From a virus (taxonomy: Duplodnaviria; Heunggongvirae; Uroviricota; Caudoviricetes): a DNA stretch of 48,082 bases. Within the stretch, counting starts at the first letter, position 1, and each line of letters opens with the position of its first letter. This document shows positions 7,741 to 17,400 of the stretch, one piece after another. The position numbers were made by a program, and so were the translations under genes. The stretch lies in the IMG/VR virus record IMGVR_UViG_3300001199_000003, positions 122,537-170,618 of that record; one strand, written 5' to 3'. The notes under the pieces were generated by a model, which did no database searches, was not told where the DNA came from, and was given only the letters and a program-made list of their open reading frames with translations.

Positions 7741-10439
7741 TAGATTGCCCACCACTGAGTTCCGTCAGAAACTACAGTAATCGCAACATATTGCGAGTTA
7801 ATAAGTACAGTATTTGATCCGTCGATAAGTTCAGTCAAGTTTCCTTTAACTGTAACTACGTTTCCTGAAGCATCAATTTTCTTAAAGAAGAAAACCGAAC
7901 CAGGAGAAGAAGCTGCAGGAGGAAGAGTGAAAATAATCGCTCCGCCAGTTGCGTCACCTAAAAGGACGTTATCTGAAGTCATCGCGGTATAGTTACCAGT
8001 TTTAATCGAAATCGCTACTGGGCCACCAATAGCATCTGCGCCAGCAGGACCAGCAGGACCTGGAGGACCTTGAGGGCCGACTCCGCCGCCTCCGCCGCCG
8101 CCTGAAGCGCCGCCAGCCGATATGCGGAATTCTAAAGAATCACCAACTTCAAGCTGCTGAAGAATTTGAATCTGAGAACTTGCGGTTCCGGCAGATCCTA
8201 CTTCAGCCCAATCAATTCCTAAACGTAAATACTGGCCATTCAAAAATACTTGAAGCGATCCTTTACCTACAGTGTAATACTGAGTAATAAACGCTAAGCG
8301 CGAGTTAGGAGGCAAATCAATAATTGAACCAATCGTAACTGGTCCATTAAGTGAAGTAGGTGGAGTTTCACCAGAAGCCACAATATCAACGGGCTCGTCG
8401 TAAGACGGACTATCTAAAGAAGCAAGTAGAGTACCAAAAGCTTGATCTAATTTTTTAATAGCTTTAGTTAAATTATCGCCATCATTTACGATGAAGTTAC
8501 CTTGACCAGTACCTTCTTGAATAATAGTAATAGCGAACGGAGCGTTCATGTTGAAATTTACAGCGTTGGTACAAGTACCAGCAGATGTATTAGTTACACG
8601 AACGGTATCGTCATTCGGATTAGGACGAACTACCGCTGAAAAATCAGGATAAAAGGTTCCAGCAAAAGCTGCTTGAGCTAGAGTCGCCACTTGCTGAGCA
8701 GTTTGGCCAGTAGTAACAGTAAGCTCTACACCAATTTTTCCAACTATCGGAGTAGGATCTACGCCAGTGCCGTCTTTATTGACCCACATGTAATATTCGC
8801 GAGCGTCGGCAGAACTTCCAAAGAAGAAGTAGTCATTCGATGTCATCGAAGCTGCGTCACCGAAAGTATAATCAGTTATTTCAGGCAATGCACCTGGATT
8901 AATAGCAGAAGAATAGTTAGGTCTAGAAGCTGATTCTGAAGGTGAACCGATATATTGGAGAAGCTGGCGAGGTACTCCATCGTCGATTTCTTCAGTTTCA
9001 CCCATTTCTAGTTCTGAGCCAATGAATCGAACATAAACGCGAGGCATTACTCCGCCATTATCGGCACGAAGCAAGAACCAAAATACGTCCTCACCTTGAG
9101 GAACAGAGGCGCGATCAGCAATATAAATATCGCGAGTGCTAGAAGGAGTTGGAGAAGTCGAATAAGATCCGAAAGTATATTTAGCTTTTGCTCCGCCTGC
9201 ACCAGTAGATGCTCCGGCGAAAGGAATAGTTAAAGTTACTTGGCTTAACGAATCAACTGTTTGAATCTGGTAATACCCAGAAACGGTTTCAGCACCAAGC
9301 TTAACCCAGTCACCAGCCTGTAAAGGCCCAGTCCATGCGATAGATCCTACTGAGGATACAATCGCAGAAGAATTTGTGAAAACTAAGTTTGGAGATACTT
9401 CAACGTCGCGAATTAAAGTTACATAAGCAACTTCGTTCTCAGATAAGGTAATATCAGTTGAAGGATCTGGGTTGGCTAAGAAACGATATTCAAGACGAGA
9501 TCCAACAACTTTAAGAACGATATCTTCGTCCCAGTTAATTAGACCTGCAGTGTCAGGACTATGGGAAATAACACCGGCACCGGTAGTGATCGTATTACCT
9601 AAATCGGTACGCAATGAATCAATAGAACCGGCAGAAGATGGAGAATACCAGTAAACAGTACCTTTGATTTCCTGGAGCGATGTCATGATCGCATTCATCC
9701 AGTCTTTCAAGGTCATGAGCATCTTATCGCCACCGTGGAACGGATTGATCGAGTTAGATGAAGAAGTTGAAGGGCTTTCTGTTCGGCCTTCAGGTTGTGC
9801 AGTCCACGGATAAACGTAGAACGGATTCGGAGAAGCTCCGCCAGTACCTAAACGGAACATCATCCAACGTGCGTCCGTGATGGACACTACGTTGTTACCA
9901 GAATCAGTGGTAATCGTAGCAATTGGCAATACGTTAGTTGCGAACGTGCTGGTAGTGATCTTAATGCGGTATCTAAGGATCTGGGCACGGGGAGCGTTTT
10001 TAGTAGTTTCGTTATTAGTAGTCGGGTTCCAGATATAAACTTGAGAGCTGGTAGTGTCATCAATAAAGCGTTCATATTCAAGGCCAACATAGTTGATAGC
10101 ACTTGGGGCGAAAGCTCCATCAATGATATTGTTTGTAGCCGAATTCAATTGCTGAGTTGGAGTACCGACCGGAACAAGGTAAAAGGTTCCAGACTGACTG
10201 GAGCTAACGTGAAATACAGCACCAGGATCAACAATCAATTGAAGACCGCTTGCGGCTCCACCGATGGCTCCTGCCATACTGATCTCAAAGCCCCTCATGA
10301 GGTAGCCTTGACTAGTTCCTGTTACGAATGATTTAATTAATTCATCAAAATCATTGGATACAGCAGATTCAAGGGAGCGCATGTCTGGGACATCTACCCT
10401 CTGCTGGCTGATCCAGTTAATTCTACGTTTCACGCCCAT
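7740..10439 (-). CDS. Baseplate-attached fibre protein (899 aa) with short collagen stub and C-terminal beta domain
   Basis: GPQGPPGPAGPAGAD (5 Gly-X-Y triplets) after a poly-Gly linker; C-terminal KTGNYT...TLP.A...KKID...IDG...SDGTQW domain typical of phage fibres. Shares domains with baseplate J and the 110-aa protein. Confidence 0.7.
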   Translation of the reverse strand: MGVKRRINWISQQRVDVPDMRSLESAVSNDFDELIKSFVTGTSQGYLMRGFEISMAGAIGGAASGLQLIVDPGAVFHVSSSQSGTFYLVPVGTPTQQLNSATNNIIDGAFAPSAINYVGLEYERFIDDTTSSQVYIWNPTTNNETTKNAPRAQILRYRIKITTSTFATNVLPIATITTDSGNNVVSITDARWMMFRLGTGGASPNPFYVYPWTAQPEGRTESPSTSSSNSINPFHGGDKMLMTLKDWMNAIMTSLQEIKGTVYWYSPSSAGSIDSLRTDLGNTITTGAGVISHSPDTAGLINWDEDIVLKVVGSRLEYRFLANPDPSTDITLSENEVAYVTLIRDVEVSPNLVFTNSSAIVSSVGSIAWTGPLQAGDWVKLGAETVSGYYQIQTVDSLSQVTLTIPFAGASTGAGGAKAKYTFGSYSTSPTPSSTRDIYIADRASVPQGEDVFWFLLRADNGGVMPRVYVRFIGSELEMGETEEIDDGVPRQLLQYIGSPSESASRPNYSSAINPGALPEITDYTFGDAASMTSNDYFFFGSSADAREYYMWVNKDGTGVDPTPIVGKIGVELTVTTGQTAQQVATLAQAAFAGTFYPDFSAVVRPNPNDDTVRVTNTSAGTCTNAVNFNMNAPFAITIIQEGTGQGNFIVNDGDNLTKAIKKLDQAFGTLLASLDSPSYDEPVDIVASGETPPTSLNGPVTIGSIIDLPPNSRLAFITQYYTVGKGSLQVFLNGQYLRLGIDWAEVGSAGTASSQIQILQQLEVGDSLEFRISAGGASGGGGGGGVGPQGPPGPAGPAGADAIGGPVAISIKTGNYTAMTSDNVLLGDATGGAIIFTLPPAASSPGSVFFFKKIDASGNVVTVKGNLTELIDGSNTVLINSQYVAITVVSDGTQWWAI

Positions 10440-10472
10440 TATGTTACCCTTTAGACCTTAGAGACTACCAAA

Positions 10473-10485
10473 TATAAGATTGTCA
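10473..10485 (-). promoter_or_regulatory. Candidate phage late-promoter motif TGACAATCTTATA (copy 1)
   Basis: Exact 13-nt match to 24166-24178. Both lie in divergent intergenic gaps pointing into structural operons; this copy is 33 nt upstream of ATG 10439. Confidence 0.55.
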
Positions 10486-10590
10486 TGTTGCTATGAGTCC
10501 CAAAATCCTGTTGCTTACCCTTTAGATATCATATAAGATAGGACTAAGATGTAGCTGAATCTTACGAGTAAGCCTTATATAGGAGTTACC

Positions 10591-11040
10591 TTGGGTAAAA
10601 ATACGCGTGGCAACAAAGAGTATTCTAAAGAACAAGAGCTTAAACATGAAAATAAGGAATTACGTAATAAAATCAGAGAATTAGAAGGCGAAATCAGACA
10701 ATTATCAAGGCAATATTCGCGAACGCGCAAGCAGTTTGCCCGTATGGATCTTGATAGACACGCCTATGTTCAGGAAATTATTCAAGAACACATTGATAAT
10801 GAAAAAGTTGAGCAAAATGCTCAAGATATGCTTCAAACTATGAAAGAAAAATGGCAGTGTCGCGAATGCGGAGAAGGCCAACTTGAGATATCAGTTTATA
10901 CCCGACTCGATGGAACATTCTACCATCGCGTTTGCAACTGCTGTCCTAATCGAACTAAGAGCCAAAAGTATGATCCAGAAACTGTTACGGGAATCATGCG
11001 AAAGCCTAAAGTTCAACCTAAAGATAAAAAGAAGTTCTAG
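10591..11040 (+). CDS. Hypothetical coiled-coil + Zn-ribbon protein
   Basis: TTG start with SD AGGAG; heptad-rich N-half; CRECG...CNCC. Confidence 0.7.
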   Translation: MGKNTRGNKEYSKEQELKHENKELRNKIRELEGEIRQLSRQYSRTRKQFARMDLDRHAYVQEIIQEHIDNEKVEQNAQDMLQTMKEKWQCRECGEGQLEISVYTRLDGTFYHRVCNCCPNRTKSQKYDPETVTGIMRKPKVQPKDKKKF

Positions 11041-11071
11041 TAAGTATCTAATTTCATTAAAAACAAACACC

Positions 11072-11118
11072 TTGCATATCTCCTGTCGTCTGGTATAATA
11101 AAGACTGACAGGAGGTAT
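11072..11118 (+). promoter_or_regulatory. Sigma70-type promoter (TTGCAT-16-TATAAT, extended TG) nested in a 16-bp inverted repeat that covers the SD of the lytic transglycosylase
   Basis: -35 at 11072-11077, -10 at 11094-11099. Arms 11076-11091 and 11102-11118 pair with one bulge and one G-U; loop GGTATAATAA; right arm contains GGAGG. Confidence 0.75.
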
Positions 11119-11120
11119 CT

Positions 11121-11561
11121 ATGTCAATAGCAGCGATTATTTTGGCAGCAGCGAAAAAGGCCGGAGTGTCTGGTTCATTGCTTCTAGCGATCTGCACTCA
11201 TGAAAGTGGATTAAAAAATGTTTTAGTTCCTCACGATGGCGGATCTCCGAGTTACGGTATTTGTCAAATAAAATACGAAACCGCAAAAATGATTGGTTTC
11301 CAAGGTGAAGCCAAAGATTTGATGGGCCCGCGCACAAATGCGAAATGGGCGGCTGCTTATCTTAAATTCCAAAAGTCTAGATATGACGGCGATTGGATGA
11401 AATCAACTGCAGCTTATAATTCTGGCACTTACAACGAATCAAGTAAAGTTCCAGGATGTCCAAGAAATCTAAAGTATATTCGTTTGGTGCAAAGTAAATT
11501 ATCAGAAAAGTTGCAAGACAGGCTTAATTGCGCTATAGTTACTAGAAACGAGGATCAATGA
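11121..11561 (+). CDS. Soluble lytic transglycosylase (SLT domain), candidate endolysin
   Basis: Catalytic ICTHESG, SYGICQI, N..WAA.YL and AAYNSG motifs of the SLT/goose-lysozyme family; SD GGAGG. Confidence 0.9.
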   Translation: MSIAAIILAAAKKAGVSGSLLLAICTHESGLKNVLVPHDGGSPSYGICQIKYETAKMIGFQGEAKDLMGPRTNAKWAAAYLKFQKSRYDGDWMKSTAAYNSGTYNESSKVPGCPRNLKYIRLVQSKLSEKLQDRLNCAIVTRNEDQ

Positions 11562-12124
11562 AAATCATGTCCTTAGACTGCGAATACAATCAACCTAGCG
11601 GTAAGACCATACAAATTGGTGCAGCTGTTTTCAATCCTAAAACCGGTATTGAGATAGACCGAATCTTATTATATATAAACCCGAACGAGCCTCTCAACCC
11701 AGAAATCATTGAATTAACAGGTATTAGTGAAAACGAAGCACAAAATGGAACCACAATACAGGAGGCCTATGAGGAACTTAGTAGGTTTCACGCTAAACAC
11801 AAATGCTTCAGAAACCCTCTTGTTTGGGGATCAGGAAACTGGAACGACAGTGATCATATCTACCGAGAATACCGAGCTTCACTGGGCACTGGGCCCAGAA
11901 ATAGTGATGGAGCTACCGAAAACTTCATGGGACTCAGAGTCTTAGACGTTAAAACTATATATCAATCAGTGCAAATTTTCAGAAATTCAAGATACCAAGG
12001 CGGCTTGAAAGAAAGCATGACAAAAATGAAACTAGATTTTGAGGGTCAAGAGCATAATGCGTTAGCAGATGCTAGAAATACATTCAAAATGTGGTTTCAT
12101 TTGGTTAAAATGTTTAAAGCCTAA
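11558..12124 (+). CDS. DEDDh 3'-5' exonuclease (DnaQ/RNase T-like)
   Basis: ExoI SLDCEYN, ExoII NDSD, ExoIII HNALADA; ATGA overlap with the SLT gene. Confidence 0.88.
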   Translation: MKIMSLDCEYNQPSGKTIQIGAAVFNPKTGIEIDRILLYINPNEPLNPEIIELTGISENEAQNGTTIQEAYEELSRFHAKHKCFRNPLVWGSGNWNDSDHIYREYRASLGTGPRNSDGATENFMGLRVLDVKTIYQSVQIFRNSRYQGGLKESMTKMKLDFEGQEHNALADARNTFKMWFHLVKMFKA

Positions 12125-12546
12125 GAGCGATCTAAAGCAAATAGCGGGACCTGGCCGACAAAATTAAAATTCATTTTGTAAGTAGCTTTAGTTGCCATTG
12201 TATGAGTTTCTTGGCTCACTTTGGCTTGTGGGATATATAGAATATCTTCACTAGTTGAACGATCCTGAATACGAATCGAGATGTACGGTGAAGCCAAAAG
12301 ATCAATGAATAATGGGCGCATATTCTGGGCTTGTAATCCACCGCTATTTTTAACACGAAGACCTTGAACAGATCCGCGAATACTCAATCGAGTGGGCGCG
12401 ATTTCCTGAGCATGGGCTGCATCAATTCCATAAATTTCTTGTTCTCCGTAATCAACAGTCAAAGTAATAGATTGAACAACCTTATAAACTTGGTTATTAA
12501 TATATAGTTTGATATGAGCACCGGTTAACGTAATTGGCTGAGCCAT
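12121..12546 (-). CDS. Tail-tube-fold protein (tube or baseplate tube-initiator paralogue)
   Basis: 141 aa; pattern TGAHIKLYIN..V..VQS.....YG...IYGI....AQE....R....GSV..LR resembles myovirus tail tube proteins. Last gene of the baseplate operon. Confidence 0.65.
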   Translation of the reverse strand: MAQPITLTGAHIKLYINNQVYKVVQSITLTVDYGEQEIYGIDAAHAQEIAPTRLSIRGSVQGLRVKNSGGLQAQNMRPLFIDLLASPYISIRIQDRSTSEDILYIPQAKVSQETHTMATKATYKMNFNFVGQVPLFALDRS

Positions 12547-14438
12547 TATTCACCCCAAATCGCAGGATTCTCAGTGTATTGAGTTCCCCACTTACCTAAG
12601 CCAATATCACTTGGATATAGGATTGTAAAAACAATATTAATACCCGACGCTGCAACTGAATTAATCAGATCTTGCGCGTAGATACGTCCAGAAACAACGT
12701 CTGTGATGTAAAACGGATAATCAAATCCATCACGAGATATATCTGGAGAAGATTTTTGAGAAACTAAGGCAACATCCGTGCCAATTGCGTGTGATTTTTT
12801 TACGTTATAAGCAGGGCTGATAAGTAAAGTTGTAGCTGAAGGACGTGCAATATAAGGAATGGGGCCTTCTTGAGACTGAGTTCCATACCCTAAGATTATG
12901 TTCCCTTGCTCATCTGGAAACTGAGATGAGTCAGCTACTGTGATTACGCGAGGCATAGTTCCATCTAAATCCTGGGCCAAAGTAGTACCGATTTGAGATA
13001 CCGTAAATGGCTGAGAAATATCGTACATATAAGGACCTGGCTGATTTGGAGCTAATGAAAGCATATCGCCCAAAGGACCAGAGGCACTGATTGCGGCAGA
13101 ACCAGAATAAGTTCCAGCCATTACCAACGCTGCGTCATTAATAAATACGTTCAAAACCTCTGCGTTAGCATAGGCTTTCAGATTAGGATAAAGAGAGTTA
13201 ATCGCAGCTGCCATATTCTGGACAGTTTCAGCGATAGTTGCACCGTTTACAAAGTTTGTAGTTTCCTGAATCAGCTGAGTAGAGGTCAACTGAAAAGTAT
13301 CATTCGTATCTGGTTGAGCCTGAAGACTAAACGAAACCATTGGAGGTTCATGTAAGTGGGCAGATCCCTCGCGACCACGGCGAATTACCTTCGTAGCGGC
13401 TGGCAAGAAGATCTGCAAAAGCCGTGCTGTTGGTTGGTAGACCGCTGCATAGCTCAATCGAGAAGCTATAGTTTTACGAACTGGATTATAGAAACGAATT
13501 GCGTCATCTGTACCTTGAACCACAATACCTGAAGTTCCTAAAGGGTTGACGATTTCAAAGTAAGATACGTTTACTGGGCCACCGACGGAATCTACAATCG
13601 TGTAAGATCCTTCGTTAGCAGAAGCAGAAAACCCACCTCCGAAAATGTTCACGTAGTTACCAGCAGAAAGCTTACCTAACTGAGGATTTGCTCCACCTGA
13701 CCAAGTGTAACGAATTACTCCACCTGGCTGTAAAGATAGAGTCCACTGAGTAGACATGTTACCGCCAGCAGCGACTGGAGCAGCAAAAACTAATTCGTTC
13801 TGAGCGCGACCGCCCAAGATAGTTACAGAAGATGCGGGACCGATTGTATCAGATAAAATTGAGACGTATGGGCCGTTGCCATCATCTTTTGCAATGGCAG
13901 TACCAGCATAACCTAAACGACGAAGTTCTTTAGTAATAGCATCTGCTACTTCCTGAGCTTTAGCGGCAGCAATATTAATGAAATCAGAAGTCTTAAACTG
14001 AATAGGAACAGTTACATGATCGTCGAAGTTGATAATTAGAGTATCGCCATTCTGAAGATTGTATGGCTCAAACTGGGTAGCATCATTTGACGCACGGACG
14101 TATTCGTCGCCGAAAATAGCGTTTAAAAGATTGTGGATAAGATCTCGAACCTGTTTACGGTTCTTAACTTCAATACCGATTTGACGAAAAACATCATCTG
14201 ATAGGCCAACAGAAGGAGGGCGAGTAATCCCGTGAGCGGCAAGAACTTCGTCAAGGTAACGACCGGAAGCTGTAGCAATATATAGCTGATCGTTTACTGC
14301 TCTGACGTTGTCGATCAAATAAGCAGCGTTACCCTTAGCCAAAGCTTCCAGTACGGCGTCAACCGATGGGCCCTTTAGATAAGGGTTAAGATATTGTCTT
14401 AACCGCTTTTTTTGCTCTTCTACTGTTGTAATAGCCAT
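12546..14438 (-). CDS. Baseplate wedge subunit (gp7/P2 I-like), 630 aa
   Basis: Follows baseplate J. N-terminal ATASGRYLD....HGI.RP..LSDD.FR wedge motif; C-terminal NSVAASGI..V closure; internal domains shared with baseplate J. Confidence 0.75.
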   Translation of the reverse strand: MAITTVEEQKKRLRQYLNPYLKGPSVDAVLEALAKGNAAYLIDNVRAVNDQLYIATASGRYLDEVLAAHGITRPPSVGLSDDVFRQIGIEVKNRKQVRDLIHNLLNAIFGDEYVRASNDATQFEPYNLQNGDTLIINFDDHVTVPIQFKTSDFINIAAAKAQEVADAITKELRRLGYAGTAIAKDDGNGPYVSILSDTIGPASSVTILGGRAQNELVFAAPVAAGGNMSTQWTLSLQPGGVIRYTWSGGANPQLGKLSAGNYVNIFGGGFSASANEGSYTIVDSVGGPVNVSYFEIVNPLGTSGIVVQGTDDAIRFYNPVRKTIASRLSYAAVYQPTARLLQIFLPAATKVIRRGREGSAHLHEPPMVSFSLQAQPDTNDTFQLTSTQLIQETTNFVNGATIAETVQNMAAAINSLYPNLKAYANAEVLNVFINDAALVMAGTYSGSAAISASGPLGDMLSLAPNQPGPYMYDISQPFTVSQIGTTLAQDLDGTMPRVITVADSSQFPDEQGNIILGYGTQSQEGPIPYIARPSATTLLISPAYNVKKSHAIGTDVALVSQKSSPDISRDGFDYPFYITDVVSGRIYAQDLINSVAASGINIVFTILYPSDIGLGKWGTQYTENPAIWGE

Positions 14439-14441
14439 TTA

Positions 14442-17400
14442 TTATGTCCCAATCTGCGATACTGAAATATCTAATACTGGATCAATGATACGTGCTTTTT
14501 CACTAGGTGCGATAAAGATTAGATCATGAGTAGAATCGTACTGAGGAGAAGAAATCGCCATAGCGCGAACACCTGGGATTGCGTTAACTACAGATACGAT
14601 TGCACTAATTGCAATTGGCTCACCAACATCATTTGAGTTAATCAATGAAGAAATACTTGTCCGAACCTGTTCAGCTGTTTGAGCGAAAGGTACGCCAGTA
14701 TTAATACGAACTTCAACTGAAACCTGGATACGACGAGTTAAAGGTTCGCGAGAGAAAATCTCTGCACCAGCAGCTCCAACACCAGGATAAGTTGTAGGAT
14801 CACGAGGGTCTCCGTAGATGATACGGTTAGCTTCAGCGATCAATCCAGTATTGTAACGATAAGAATCAAGACCTTTACGGATAGTTGTATCAAAATCTAC
14901 TTTATTTAAAGAGTTGATCTGAACACCAGCAGCTTCGTTAATCTTAGAATATTGAGCGTTAGTATCAAACACGATCAAGTTACGAGCTGGAGCGCCAGGC
15001 TGTTGAGTAGCAAAAGAAATATGTTTATAGCCAGAGTAGAAGACTCCCTCTTGGACATAAACAGAAGTCTCGCGACCATTTAAGCTAGAATTAGTAACTG
15101 GAGCCATTGTTCCAGTCACAACGATAGTATCGCGGTCAATAACTTCCGCAATAGTGTATTCACCAGCATTTTGAAGAGTCAAAGTATCACCTGTGGCCAC
15201 AAACAAGTCGCCAGCTACAGTTGCTTCATATTCAGAGAACTGGATTTGAGGTCTGTGAACCTGTAATACTCCACCGGTAACAAATACAGCTGATTCGTTT
15301 ACTGCCGAAGGATTGATTGCTTCTAAGAAAGTACGACGACCTTCTTGAACAATATTAACAGTGAAAGGAGCAGGTACGTTAAAGTTTGTAGAGTTAGTTG
15401 TTTCTTGTAACCCAGTAGTCGTAACGGTAGTGATACCATTAGCGGCAGTAGCATCTAGTCCAGTTGCAGCACCTACAACAGCAGCGACTTTTGCTGCAAC
15501 GGTAGCCGCAGTATCACCAGACAAAATTTGAACTTCTAGACCAACACGTCCACCGACTGCAGGGTCAGAGTTTGAAGTATTAACATTGAACCAAACATAG
15601 TAAAGGTTTACGTCACCAGCAGACTGAGTGAGGAAATACGTTCCAGCTCCACCGATAGTGAAGTTAGATCCTGCAGGCATAATAAAATCAGTAATCTCTG
15701 GAAGAGCTTCACCAGAACGAATGACCATAAAGTCACCCTGGTTAGCTGCAGCAAAATCCACACCAAGAGTAACGATGTCGCCCATGCGTGTAGATTGGAA
15801 ATTAGGCTGAGTACCTACTCCGTTCCAGTTAAGATAAATTGAATGATTTGTAGCATTTACGCGGAACGAAGTAGTTGCGTCAAAACCGATTGATACCGGA
15901 TTCAATGGAAGGTTTACTTCTTCTTCAACTACGTTTACGTTTTCATACCAAACTGAATTATTATAACGACGAATTACGCGAAATTTACCTTGATTAAGCA
16001 CCATAAACGGAGCTTGAAGGATCATAGTGTCACCTTCAGAAACCTCAGAAGAGGCTGAGAAGTCGCCAGCCGCGAAAAGATCCCCTACAAGGAACGCAGA
16101 TGAAACAGTTACGGTTCCAACACCAGCGTAAGAAATCGCAGTAGATTGAGCAGGAGAAGTAGCTGTAACAGTAACGATAGATCCGTTGGCCACAGAAGTG
16201 ACGCCTGGAAGAGTACCGATGACCGCAGAAAGGTTAGCGGCTGTATCTTGTTGAGTTGCACCGATTGCAAAATCAGTACCAGCAAGTAAAGTAGTCACAC
16301 CGATAGTGAAAGCGTCACCTGCAGTAGAGTTAGTGCCAAAAGTAAAAGTACCTGAAGAAAACTCGTTTTCAGCATTTGGATTCAATACACGAAGCTGTTG
16401 GCCATTCTCAGAAATACCAGTAATTGGGAAAGTCCCATTGTTACCTTCAAGAGGTAAATTTTGAACAGTGATCAAATCACCAATAGAAAGTTCATTAAAG
16501 TTTGCGTCTCCAGAAACTATAGTATATTGAGAATCACTAGTTCCAGTGACTTTTGATACGTTTACTCGTCCACCCGCAGCATCGTTTAAATTGATAGGGT
16601 TTTTAAGAAAAGTTGGATTTACGCCTTGACCATTCCAGCTTAAACAAGCGAGAGATCCCTGTTTTTCAACACGGAAAGTTCTTCCCATTGTACGGACATG
16701 GTTACGTTGTTTACCGAAATATCTCTGAGTAAGCACGCGACCGGCAAGTTTAATAGTAGACTGTCCAACAGACGGTACGTTCGACAGAACAGTAACCGAA
16801 GAATTAGAAGACAGCAACGCTTCTTTACGCTGAGCGTATGTAGCTTGTAATTTGAACCATTGATCGGAATGAATGCCCTGTGCAGCTACCTTATCAGTAG
16901 TTACGCTCATGATTGAATTATCAATACGAGTTGCAGAGTCCAATACTGGAACCGCATAATCGTTAGCTAATCCACCGATAATTTGGATAGATCCGTCAGA
17001 GCCTAGAGTGTTCGTAGCAAGCTCTAAGCGAGCACCTCGATCAACCACTCCGACAGTTCCTACTGTTGTGAAACCAGTTACAGCCAAAACAGAGATCAGA
17101 CGACGAACTTGGTCCATTGTAGTAGGGACTAAACGAACTTCTTCGCCGTTGTTGAATGCGTATCCAACGTCGGATGGGAGATTCAACGGTACTTTAAATG
17201 TAAAATTTGGAGTTCCACTTACGTTAGAAGCAGCAATCCAGTTGATACCATCTTGTAAGAATACTGATTCATAAGTAAATCCAGAATCCTCGTAAGTGCT
17301 TAAAAGGATAGTTCCAGATCCGTCGGCAGGAGGAGTCGGATCGTTAACTAAAGTTGCAGTGAAATAATCAGCAAGACTTGCGTCAACATAGGCTTTAATT

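Noticed and set aside
1-10439. Diversity-generating retroelement acting on fibre tips
   Set aside because: No reverse transcriptase and no near-identical TR/VR pair differing at adenines was noticed; the shared domains are diverged protein paralogues.
10444-10526. 12-bp direct repeat TTACCCTTTAGA (10444 and 10515) in the divergent gap
   Set aside because: Only two copies, one overlapping the SD region; possibly an operator or small duplication, but no further support.
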